From NCBI GenBank assembly GCA_964016885.1, contig OZ024742.1, positions 346,518,001 to 346,582,000 on the forward strand: a stretch of DNA of 64,000 nucleotides, given 5' to 3'. This DNA is from Eledone cirrhosa (lineage: Eukaryota). Position numbers and translations under genes: made by a program. Numbering within the stretch: position 1 is the first letter of the stretch; every line of letters starts with the position of its first letter. A model generated the notes under the pieces. It was not told the DNA's origin. It did not search any database and worked only from the letters and a program-made list of their open reading frames with translations. Positions 39,775-51,217 of this stretch are shown one piece after another.

Positions 39775-40481
39775 TATACTATAAATTATGTCCATAGAAT
39801 CATTTTATAATATATATACACAATTTCCTCTCCCAATTAGCATAATCAACCACACAAAAACCCAATTAAACCAGGCTATAAGATTAAAAGGCACTTATGA
39901 AGAAATAATAGATAAATAAACTATAGCCATCTATTCGCGATCAACAGCCATAGAATATTTACCCACCATTTCAATAGCACGTGGAAATCGATTAAATATA
40001 CCGTCAACCATACACAATTAGGTACAAAATTAAAGTTAGAAGAAAAAATGCATATACATATACCAGGATTACGTTTCTACCCTTTAGGGTTTCGTTCGCT
40101 TTCGGAAATATCCTATCAAGGATAAATTCTCGAGCTTCGAACTCATCAGGAAATAAACTCACTTGGACAAAGATTTTTCTTAAATGATCCTCGCCAGAAA
40201 CGAATTCAAAATGGCTGAGAACTGTGACGGGGCAGTGGTCAAGTCAGAAAAAATGTGATTGGTCCCTTACGACGAGTGGGCTGGTTGCTAGAAAGCGCAG
40301 CCCAATATTGCCTAAATTGCATCTCAACCTTATGGAAGATTATCAAATATAAAAATTTACATATACACAAACTAGACAAAGTCATAGATATATATGTTTT
40401 GGCAATCATTCACGATGTGGCTCAATGATGAATTAATAAATTAAATAATCAGAGCAATATACTATATATTATGTCCATAGA

Positions 40482-40483
<2 letters not shown>
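39775..40483 (-). mobile_element. About 683-bp HHR-bearing monomer with about 25-bp terminal redundancy
   Basis: TATACTATA(A/T)ATTATGTCCATAGAAT occurs at both ends, 683 bp apart; homologous to 31866-32425. Confidence 0.7.
40074..40153 (-). ncRNA. Canonical type I hammerhead ribozyme
   Basis: Reverse complement: tttc-CTGATGA-gttcg...cgaac-GAAACCCTAAAGGGTA-gaaa. Confidence 0.8.
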
Positions 40484-40539
<56 letters not shown>

Positions 40540-40542
<3 letters not shown>

Positions 40543-41530
40543 ATTATAGGCACCCGTTTTACATGTGTTGTATTGAAGCGAATAACTATGTGTATACTCT
40601 GGGAATGTATCTTACATTGACCATCGAGTACGCTGGGACATAACCGGTCCTGGCATTGATAAATATGCTGGCTCCGTCAACCCTTATTATTATTATCTCC
40701 GAACTAGCGGACTACTGAGAGTAAGTTAAACATTTTTTCACTTTTATTGTGGTTTTGTTTTGATATACACTCTTTTTCCTGCTATTAATTCTGTCTCTCA
40801 CTCTTTTAAGTTGTGAAATAGACTGGTTATATACGCACGCGGCTGACACATTTCAGCTCGCTACTATATTGGTATATAATGGATTATCGCATTTAAAGTC
40901 CGTTAAAGGTTCTTGGCACTACCATTGTTACTATCGCTTTCCTCTAGCCATGGGACTTGGAGACATGAGCCGAATGCTACCATTCTATCATACATCGATG
41001 TGGACTGCTATTTCTAATAGCCATCTTTTCACCTTTTGAAAACTTGTGTGTGAGACACGTTGGCTGGGTGCTTTTGACGGGAACGAAAAGATTGGTTTTC
41101 TAGTCCCCCGCAACCACGTAAAATTTGTAAATTGGTGGCTAGTCGAGAGATAAAATCGTATCGGGTGCCATTTGCTAATCGCTTTACCGTGTCAGTCGTC
41201 ACAAACAGACATGACCGGCATGGGCTGGTGTTTGGATTCTGTCGATCGATTGGTTATTGATTAGGCGATACCCACTGATGAAGCCGCATAAGCCGACGGT
41301 GCATTCTTGCATAATATATGCAGACAGATGGCGCAGTGCACCTCACTGCTGCATTAGTGCGGCCGAAACTCGAGTCCGGGAACTATTATAGGCACCCATT
41401 TTACGTGTGTTGTATTGAAGCGAATAACTTTGTGTATACTCTGGAAATGTATCTTACATTGCCCATGGAATACGCTGAGATACAACCGGTACTGGCATTG
41501 ATAAATATGGTGGGTCCGTCAACTCCTTAT
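40540..41530 (+). mobile_element. About 842-bp HHR-bearing unit with about 148-bp direct terminal repeat
   Basis: 40540-40687 is repeated (diverged) at 41382-41530; lies between (TG)n and (TA)n. Confidence 0.75.
41271..41380 (+). ncRNA. Type I hammerhead ribozyme with long stem II
   Basis: ccca-CTGATGA-agccgca...tgcggcc-GAAACTCGAGTC-cggg, with palindrome ACTCGAGT. Confidence 0.65.
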
Positions 41531-41582
41531 ATATATATATATATATTTTAATATAGATGAGATTCTGTTTCAATCTCCTGAT

Positions 41583-41631
41583 GATTTCTGATGATTTCTA
41601 AAGAATGAAACAGTTCTAGTCCTGTAGAATC
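41583..41631 (+). ncRNA. Type I hammerhead ribozyme, family of 22668-22718
   Basis: gattt-CTGATGA-tttctaaagaat-GAAACAG...CTGTA-gaatc; the downstream flank matches the reverse complement of 22585-22665. Confidence 0.65.
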
Positions 41632-42090
41632 TCATCTATATTAAAACTTTTATACTCTGCTATGTATTGAGTACCTTACTTACTGTGGTTACCTCCGATT
41701 CAACCCGGAATAACGTGTATATATATATATATATATATTGGAAAATGTGTGAGATCCTTGGTACAGTTAGGTATATTTGAAAAAATGGAAAAGAATGACT
41801 TCACTTGTAGTGCTAAATAATTTGATTTAATTTTATAATATTATAATATTATGAGTTGGTAGATCTAGTAAGTACTTTGTTTACTTCGGTGGGACTAATT
41901 TTAAAGATTCCTGGTTAACTTTCTTGGAGACCTTTGTCGCATTCGTCGGTGGCGATTGTCTAACTGAGATCAACTTGCGTTGTGAGGTGTGACTATATAT
42001 ATAAGAGAGATTTGGATGTGTCTGGGTGTGGGGTGTGGTGTTAATGAGTGTGGGAGTGAAGGAGTGTTGATGAAGATTTAAAGGAATTAA

Positions 42091-42190
<100 letters not shown>

Positions 42191-42409
42191 TAATATCTTT
42201 AGTAAAGACTTGAGTATTTAGTATGATGTAGTCATAATTCTGTTTTATACTTTTCAAAAGTATTTTGCTAATGAGCTTTCAAATATTCATAGTGCATTTG
42301 CTAATAGAAAGATTGTTGAGAAAATTAGCAGTATTAATATAAGTATTAGATAAAAGCTTTAAAATTTCGTGATACAGTCATACTGGTGTTTTGTATGGCT
42401 TTGCACTTT

Positions 42410-42660
42410 TCAAACATGTGGTGCGGTCGCTCTCCAGCAGGTTTGCGGTCGAGCCCGTAGCAGTGGAGACATCTGGTGTCCTTGGCCCTAGGGCCCCTCC
42501 CTACTCACCACCATCAGCACAGAGTTGGCTACCCGCAGGTGTGAGTCTCGCGAGTTGGAATGGCTCTTCCAGCGCGTCTCCCTCACCAGCCTCCGGGGAA
42601 ACGACTTCTCTATTCTGTCAACTGGGGACGCAGGGCGGCCAGTTCGAGGGTCTCCATTTG
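42410..42660 (+). pseudogene. CRE-like non-LTR retrotransposon 3' end (restriction-like endonuclease tail)
   Basis: FAVEPVAVETSGVLGP, then a frameshift, then RELEWLFQRVSLTSLRGNDFSILS, matching the P.AVET.G...QR.S....RGN motif. Confidence 0.7.
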
Positions 42661-42773
42661 CACATATAATAGTGAGAGATAGGGAGAGCGGCAGGGACGG
42701 GGGCAGTGAGAGTGGGAGTGTAGTTCCATTGTGTCCGGACCTGGTGTATATGTATATGTTTCCATTAGACCTA

Positions 42774-42921
<148 letters not shown>

Positions 42922-43830
42922 CCATTAGACCTAGTATATATATATATATGTTTCACAGATACACAGTGATATCTTCATGTGTGGAATTAGGAGAATGATA
43001 CATGCACGAAGTTAACAACTCAGTTAATTTCGTTGATCGGAACAATGGAAGTACGTTAAGAGTTAAAACTCTATTTACTTACAAATCATTTAATGTTATG
43101 ATAAGTGATAACAGTTCTGTCTGATCTTCAGAATGATCAGTAAATAAAGTGAGGTTTGATATTTGCTCACAAATCTTGCTACAAGCTCCATACTCTCATT
43201 ACTGCAACATATTAACAATATCGACAAACACAACCTTTCTCTTTTCTCTTTTCTCCGTGTATTTATTTTTTGTTGTTGTTTTTTTATTGTTAGTGTTTAT
43301 TTTATTTTTAGTTTTGTTTCTCTTTTCTTTTTTCTTTCTGTTATTGGATTTTAACAGAAATATATTGGTGGGTTTTTTTTTTGGGGGGGGGGGGGTTAAC
43401 GGAAGAAGAAGATAGTGGGAAAGAGGGAGAAAGAGAGAGAGTATGTGTATGTGTGTGTGAGAGAGAATGAGTATGTGTGAGAGAGAGAGAGATAGAAAAA
43501 AGATAGAGAGTATGTGTATGCGTGTGTGTGAGAGAGTGTGTGTGTGTGTGTGAGAGAGAGTATGTGTGTGTGTGTGTGTATGTGTGTGTGAGAGAGAGAG
43601 TGTGTGTGTGAGAGAGTATGTGTGTGTGTATGTGTGTGTGAGAGAGAGGGGTGAGAGAGAGAGAAATATAGAGAGAGAGTGAGAGAAAATTTGAAATATT
43701 ATCATCTCACTAAATGTTATATCTGAGAATGTAATCTTTCTGAATGTTAAAAGCTATGTTATATTTCACACACACACACACAGACACACAGACACACAGA
43801 CACACACACACACAGACACACAGACACACA

Positions 43831-43924
<94 letters not shown>

Positions 43925-43994
43925 TACAACATTACAAACACAGGCATAAATATATGCACTCTCTATCTGTTGGGTTCCTCTGAAGGTTCTTTAG

Positions 43995-44130
43995 AATAAT
44001 TGTTTCTACTTTTGGCACAAGGCCAGCAAATTACCCAGTACATTACTGGTACTTTATTTTATCGACCCCGGAAGGATGAAAGGTATAGTCAACCTCGGCG
44101 GGATTTGAACTCAGATCGTTAAGGGACGTA
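43995..44130 (-). mobile_element. tRNA-derived SINE, truncated
   Basis: Reverse complement of the family body (GGATTTGAACTCAG). Confidence 0.75.
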
Positions 44131-44134
44131 ACTG

Positions 44135-44384
44135 TGCCCAGTCCTCCATGTAGGGGGTGTTGACTGCAGATGGACCGCCTGACCATCGGAGCGCGTCCCT
44201 TCCACAAAAAGAGATAGTGCAAACGCTCCAGTGAAGTCAGGCGAGACTTAGGACAAGGCATGACGGTCAGGCGGTAGTAGATGACGGACGCGATGTACGC
44301 GTTCGCCACCTCCGCTCGACCTTTCAGGGAGAGCTTCCTCTCGGCCCATTTCTGGGTGAGAGAGGCAACCCTGCTCGTCGCCAA
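44135..44384 (-). pseudogene. Tx1/L1-clade LINE ORF2 fragment
   Basis: W..RKLSLKGR..VAN..IAS...Y......P...L..LER....FLW.G...VRR......P...GGLG, the typical post-RT L1/Tx1 motif. Confidence 0.8.
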
Positions 44385-44595
44385 TGATTTCTACTATAGG
44401 CACAAGGCCCACAAATTTGGGGAGAGGGGAAAGTCGACAAATCGACCCCAGTGCATTACTGGTACTTTATTTTATTGACTTCTTAAGGACGAAAAGAAAA
44501 GCCTACCTCGGTTCTGAACTCAGAACGTAAAGGGCCGTAACTCTATGCCACTAAGCATGGCATCTGATGCTCTACCGATTACTGCCAATTCACCT
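44385..44595 (-). mobile_element. tRNA-derived SINE
   Basis: Family body on the minus strand through CTCTACCGATTACTGCCAA (A box). Confidence 0.75.
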
Positions 44596-45181
44596 CCTTT
44601 GTTCATGTAAATAATCATGTTGATTTCTTAATCCTAAACACATCTTTCAAATAAATAAAAGCGATCATATATATTGATGATGATGATGATGATAGTGGTG
44701 GGGGCGATGATGGTGATGGAAGTGGTTGGGGGGGTGATGATGATGGTGATGATGATGATGATGATGATGATGATGTTGATGATGGTAGTGGTGGTGGGGG
44801 GAGGGGTCATGACGATGGTGGTAGTGGTGGTGGTGGGGGGTGATAGTGATGATGATGATGATAATAATGAGAATGATAATGGTGATGATTGTGACGATTG
44901 TGATCATGATGATAATAACAACAACAACAACGACGACGACTACAACAACAATATAAACGATATTCAATTCCTTTGCATCTTATCTGTAACATCAAAATGT
45001 TGGTTCCTAAAAGGAGAGTTGTGGAGTAGAAAGTTTCTTTTAGATTCTTTTAGTCCGTAGATACACATCACGTGCCATCAAAGTGGAATTATGTTCTCAA
45101 CTTTATATATCAAACATACCAATCTCTAGTATAAAATTGCATACGCGTAAATATACACATAGACCTAAATATATTCATACA

Positions 45182-46131
45182 TAAACAATTAAGTTAAAAA
45201 TGTACATCCACATATGTATACTGAAATACTAGTATGCATATGAATACACACACGTATACATATGTAGATGTACCGAGTTTTTCACTGGTCACTTTACTGT
45301 GAGTGTCCAGCTATTCTGTATGTAAACACACAGACAAACCGGTTTTTAGAGTCATACTGGTTTTTGAGGAAACACCTTTCCTCTATTCTTCAGAAAGCCA
45401 GACAAGGAATATTGAACTAGTTTCGATGTTGTTACATCTCATCAGCAATATTTACCTATCTTCTGGTCTCTCTAGAGAATCGTAAAAGCACATATCGTTA
45501 TATGCTTTTTCTATGAAAATTAGTAGTGGGCAGACTAATTTGCATAGAGCGTGAGTACGTACCGGTTCAACGGAGACGATAAAAACAAATAACGAAACGA
45601 AATTAAATTTCGTTTCGTTTGTAACTCACTTTTGTATGACTGACGCTTAAACAATTAAGTTAAAAATCGTCTCCGTTGAACCGGTACGTACTCACGCTCT
45701 ATGCAAATTAGTCTGCCCACTACTAATTTTCATAGAAAAAGCATATAACGATATGTGCTTTTACGATTCTCTAGAGAGGCCGGAAGATAGGTAAATATTG
45801 CTGATGAGATGTAACAACATCGAAACTAGTTCAATATTCCTTGTCTGGCTTTGTGGAGAATAGAGGAAAGGTGTTTCCTCAAAAACCAGTATGACTCTAA
45901 AAACCGGTTTGTCTGTGTGTTTACATACAGAATAGCTGGACACTCACAGTAAAGTGACCAGTGAAAAACTCGGTACATCTACATATGTATACGTGTGTGT
46001 ATTCATATGCATACTAGTATTTCAGTATACATATGTGGATGTACATTTTTAACTTAATTGTTTAAGCGTCAGTCATACAAAAGTGAGTTACAAACGAAAC
46101 GAAATTTAATTTCGTTTCGTTATTTGTTTTT
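45182..46131. mobile_element. Fold-back of two permuted 466-bp HHR-bearing monomers
   Basis: TAAACAATTAAGTTAAAAAT at 45182 and 45648; 45667-46131 is the reverse complement of the same unit starting at a different point. Confidence 0.85.
45794..45838 (+). ncRNA. Minimal type I hammerhead ribozyme (mirror copy 45408-45452 on -)
   Basis: aatattg-CTGATGA-gatgt aaca acatc-GAAACTAGTT-caatatt; 7-bp stem I, palindrome ACTAGT. Confidence 0.8.
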
Positions 46132-46236
<105 letters not shown>

Positions 46237-46261
46237 AAGAGAGAGAGAGATGCATACATAC

Positions 46262-46314
<53 letters not shown>

Positions 46315-46767
46315 GAGAGAGAGAGAGGGAGAGAGAGAGAGAGACAGAAAGAGAGAGAGAGATGCATACATACTTACATATATATATGATGGCTGCCAAC
46401 TCGTTTTCGAGTACGGCCACTACTTTATATCCATGTAGGAGAACTCCTACCGTTGCGCTGAACGAGTGTGACTTTTTAGTCCAGCCAGCGACTTGAAAAC
46501 TTTGGTACAAACACTACACTTGTGACAATTATTGACACATAGTGACAATTATTAACACACAGTATGTCAGGTCACCAGTTGGTGCTACTGGTAACATGTA
46601 TCTCAGTACAACCTGTCTCATGGTTGGGTCGTTGGCGACTAAACTGTCAACCCCACCAAGGTTTCTTGGTGAGGAGGGTGACTTTGGACATCCTGCAGGA
46701 CTAAAAACACATATATACATACACACATACATACATACATACATACATACATACATACATACATACA

Positions 46768-46799
<32 letters not shown>

Positions 46800-47360
46800 C
46801 ATACATATATATGATGATGGCTGCCCCCTCGTTATCGAGTATGGCCATTGCATGATATAGCATTATTATTAATTAATTCTATCGTGCAATGCCTGTGCGT
46901 GAAGATATCTTTTAAAGTGAGGAAAGACTGTGCACTGAGCCAATCCCACTCTCTGAGCGACAGTAGCTATAACCCGAAAAGAAGAAAAGATCAACATCAT
47001 CGGTAACTACTGAGCCGCAGGTTTTATATCGGAGTTATCCCAGTTTCCTGAGTTGCCTTCTCCTAGAAGAATGCCCTGACAAAGGCGAGGGGTCCTTCAC
47101 TCCCAGTGGTTTAACCGCGCGGTACATGGTTTACTTGGTGAGGAGGGTGATTTTGGACACCCTGCAGGACAAAAAACAAAACCTGACAAAGGGAGGAAGA
47201 ACTCATAAGAGTCAACGGCCATCCAAAAGTGTGTAAATATGTATATACATATATATATACATACATACTTACATATATATACATACATACATACATAAAT
47301 ACATACATATATATATACACACACCCACAAACACACATACACACCACACACACATATATA

Positions 47361-47436
<76 letters not shown>

Positions 47437-47440
<4 letters not shown>

Positions 47441-47665
47441 AATGAATATATGATGGGATGAAAACCGATACAAGTATACATGTGTTCCAATTGTAAATGA
47501 CCAAGTTAGCTAGGTGAAAAATACTAATTTAAAATAATATGGTTTGCCTGTCTCGATTTAAGTATTTTAAATTAGTATTATTCAACCTAGCTAACTTGGT
47601 CATTTACAATTGGAACACATGTATACTTGTATCTGTGTTCATCCCATCATATATTCATTTGTATT
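47437..47665. repeat. Fold-back repeat after (TA)n
   Basis: 47437-47536 is inverted at 47563-47663. Confidence 0.8.
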
Positions 47666-47732
47666 ACACGGCTCGGAAATATTCCCTTCTTTGAGCTATT
47701 TAATTGTAAAAGACTATTTTGAGTTTATAACT

Positions 47733-47778
<46 letters not shown>

Positions 47779-47780
<2 letters not shown>

Positions 47781-48005
47781 CAAAGGAATTGTGGTAAGGA
47801 ACCAGATGAACCATAACGCACCAGAGTACTCAATACTTAGGGTAGTAGAGTGGGAAATAGGAAAAAGTATGACCCCGACGGCAGAGCTCAAGCCGTTTCG
47901 ATGGCTATTTCTGGACTAAATTAGAATTTTAGTCCAGAAATTCTAATTTAGTCCAGAAATAGCCATCGAAACGGTTTGAGCTCTGCCGCCGGAGTCATAC
48001 TTCTT

Positions 48006-48010
<5 letters not shown>
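47779..48010. mobile_element. Fold-back of 3' ends of the intact-PLE family within (TA)n
   Basis: 47779-47921 matches 33836-33976 (diverged); 47946-48010 is the opposite orientation. Confidence 0.85.
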
Positions 48011-48093
<83 letters not shown>

Positions 48094-48684
48094 ATATAGA
48101 GGGGAAAGACACAGGAGAGTGTGTTTTTCATTACAGGAATTTCAAACCACCAGCGTGAAGAGAATATAAGCTACTAGAGGCATAGGAAAAACATTAAAAT
48201 TAAAAGCATAAATTAAAATGAGAAACCAACCTCATATCTAAGTCACACATGTACACACTCGCCAGGAGAATGTTTCGCCATTTAAGTGGGTTTCAATTCG
48301 GCTGTGTGGGTCATCAGCATGTGGAAGGGCGATATTGTCCGCACTACTAGAGAGAACTAAAGTAAACTATCTTTCGCACGTGTAGATATAAGGGAAATGC
48401 GTGCGCGAGGCAGTAACCGGTGGCATGAACAGAACAAGCTGCTAGAGATGGCAGCCTATACTATTAAATTGATGGTGCTCAACAGCAGAGAGAGCCTGAG
48501 GAGCAAATATCAAGTAAAATAACGGAGCAAAGGACTAGCGTATAATCCTGTAATTATATATCATATTATATTATATCATACTAATAAATTCGTATTTATG
48601 TGTAATATAACCATACGTGGAACAACGAAACATTAACTGAATAAGCACTCAATATAATTATATATGTGTTTCTATCCTGATTCT

Positions 48685-49500
48685 ATTCTGGGCACCATCC
48701 TGGCAAGCAATGGCGATGTGGAGCTCGACATCAACTGTCATATCAGTAAAGGAGCCGCAGTTTTCCAGCGGTCGTCTTCATGCATCAACACCAGGATCAA
48801 GCTGCACTTGTACAAGAGCATCGTGCTGCCGACAGTGCTTTACCCGAGCGAGACCTGTAAGAGCTACAGAGACGGCTGAACACATTCCACCAGCGGTGCC
48901 TGTGACTGATCCTTCGTGTGTCCTGGCGCGACCCAGTGCAAAACGAGGAAAGCCTGCGGAGAGCCGAGTTGTGGACGCTACAGAGGATGGTCATGAAGTG
49001 GCAGTGCCACCTGGCTGGCCATATTATGCGCCTGCCCTACGAATGACACTCGAAAACAGCGACGAACTGGACTCCACCTGGTGGCAAACAGAGGCGGGGT
49101 TGCCTCAGGATCACCTGGCGACGAACTGGACTCCACCTGGCGGCTAACGGAGGTGGGGTTGCCCCAGGATCACCTAGCGACGAACTGGACTCCATCTGGT
49201 GGCAAACGGAGGTGGGGTTGCCCCAGGTTTACCTGGCGATGAACTGGACTCCACCTGGCGGAAAACAGAGGCGGGGTTGCCCCAGGATCACCGGGCATCG
49301 AACTGAACTCCACCTGGCGGCAAACGGAGGGGGCTGCCCTAGGATCACCTGACGATGAACTGGACTCCACCTGGCGGAAAACAGAGGCGGGGTTGCCCCA
49401 GGATCACCTAGCGACGAACTGGACTCCACCTGGCGGCAAACGGAGGGGGCTGCCCCAGGATCACCTGACGATGAACGTTCCGAAAATACCTGATGGCAGC
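48685..49500 (+). pseudogene. Decayed RTE-clade LINE 3' region
   Basis: LG..LASNGDVELDINCHISKGAAVF, KLHLYKSIVLPTVLY.SET, FHQRCL..IL.VSW.D, LAGHIMR and WTPPGG. Confidence 0.8.
49061..49476. repeat. 58-59-bp minisatellite, about 7 copies, derived from the LINE coding end
   Basis: GACGAACTGGACTCCACCTGG...GCCCCAGGATCACCTGGC repeated. Confidence 0.9.
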
Positions 49501-49602
49501 CAACATCACTTCGCACGGACCCGATAGAACCGCCGCTGATCGTGATCGTTGATGAGTACTTACTGTTCGATATGACGAACGGCGGGGAACAACCTCAGAC
49601 TA

Positions 49603-49682
<80 letters not shown>

Positions 49683-49686
<4 letters not shown>

Positions 49687-50625
49687 GTGGAACACTGGAA
49701 GGTAATATCCGTAGTGGTAGAGCACTCAGTCCAAGGGACGAGTTAGGTAGAAGTGGTTACACAACAGTTAGTTCACCATACCGAGAACAATTGTTTCACC
49801 TTCGCGGATCTTCAGCTCGGGATGTGTATGGTTATAGGAACAGGAAGGACAACTGTACGAACGCGCATGCGCAGAAACTCGGTCATTTCACACAGGCAAT
49901 AGTAGACTGCGTGCGGGAGGTGTAAGGGAGATAACTGCGAAAGACCGGAAAGTTTTTAGGTTGAAAATAAAATAAAAAAATTAAAAATTAAATAACAAAG
50001 AATCAGTCCGGAGCCTTGTAGTTATGCAATAGATGTTTGGTGACGTGTGGACAACGTGTGAAAAATTCAGTTCTCGTGTTTAGGCAATCACTATTAGGAT
50101 AGTTATTCGTTCGTCAATACATAAGCCACACGTTGGATTTCCCCTTGCGTATGGCTTGGACTTAGTGATGGCTTTCCATTGAATGGAGTAGCCTATACTT
50201 GAGTCCTTGAGGGACCATACGTGGCTCGCGAGTTTCGTGGATGTCCGGGTATCTGAAGGTAGACTGGTGGTTCAGGAAGCGCTCCTTGAATCGGCCCTCC
50301 GCCATGCCCACATAGGATTTGACCTCCTGTGGTTCGTTTGGTCGGTTGGAAGTGACCACAGCTTCATAGATTACAGCTAGTGTGTTGCATTGCTGTTGAA
50401 GGGGGCAAGCTTCAGGCTTACGGCAAGAGCACCCTGGTGTGGTTTTGCTCCTAGGGCTGCTGGTGATGTGGGCCTTTATGTTCTTAGCGCAGGAGTATCC
50501 TAGTTTAACTTTGTGTCGGTTAAAGATAAAGCGGTATTTGTGACCTATGGGGAAGTGTCTATCTAAGAGGCCTAGAAATGTTTTGCTACATTGGTTTTAA
50601 CGTTGAGTGAGAAGGGAGGAGAGAA
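49683..50625 (-). mobile_element. 5'-truncated PLE (GIY-YIG end plus pLTR), family of 9652-10890
   Basis: SYVGMAEGRFKERFLNHQSTF; the 3' end joins (TA)n at the same nucleotide context as the 10890 end. Confidence 0.85.
49781..49820 (-). ncRNA. Minimal hammerhead ribozyme
   Basis: Reverse complement: ccgag-CTGAAGA-tccgcgaaggt-GAAACAATTGTT-ctcgg. Confidence 0.7.
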
Positions 50626-50909
50626 CCCACTAGCAGTAAGCGCATCAATAGACAAACTATCTGGTTCTCTCCCCCTCCCCCCTTCTCACTCAACGTTAAA
50701 ACCAATCTATATTTAATAATTTAAAGGAACAAATATAGAGTTAATACATGAATATTATATAATTGTTTCTACTATTTTGGCACAAGGCCAGCAATTACCC
50801 AGTGTATTACTGGTACTTTATTTTATCGACCCCGTAAGGATATTATATAATAACACGAGTGGAAATAGATTTAATTCATTTGGAATTAGTATTAAAGAAA
50901 TTGGCAGTA

Positions 50910-51103
50910 CAGGCTGCGAATTGGCAATATCGGTAGAGGGACGGACGCCATGCTTTCCAGCATAGTTAAGTCCCTTTACAGTCTGAGTTCAAATCCCGTC
51001 GAGGTTAACTTTGCCTTTCATACTTACGGGGTCGATAAAATAAAGTACCAGTGATGTACTGGGGTAATTGCTGGCCTTGTACCAAAAGTAGAAACAATTA
51101 TTA
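50910..51103 (+). mobile_element. tRNA-derived SINE (partial opposite-strand copy at 50760-50840)
   Basis: TGGCAATATCGG, GAGTTCAAATCC, family body and tail. Confidence 0.8.
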
Positions 51104-51181
51104 AAGAAGATATTTTAATTTGGAATTAGGATTTTTCTTCTTTGTTTTGTACTGTGAAGACTCGTGACCTAATGGTTAGGG

Positions 51182-51217
51182 CAGAGGTGAGGAACCTTTT
51201 TATGTTGAAAGGCCGCA
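51182..51217 (+). mobile_element. Putative hAT (Charlie-type) transposon terminus
   Basis: CAGAGGTGAGGAACCTTTTT...AAAGGCCGCA resembles CAGGGGTGGGGAACCT-type TIRs and their subterminal sequence; no partner TIR is in the window. Confidence 0.5.

Noticed and set aside
48265-48322. Minus-strand CTGATGA...GAAAC motif
   Set aside because: No stem III or cleavage triplet that closes with stem I.
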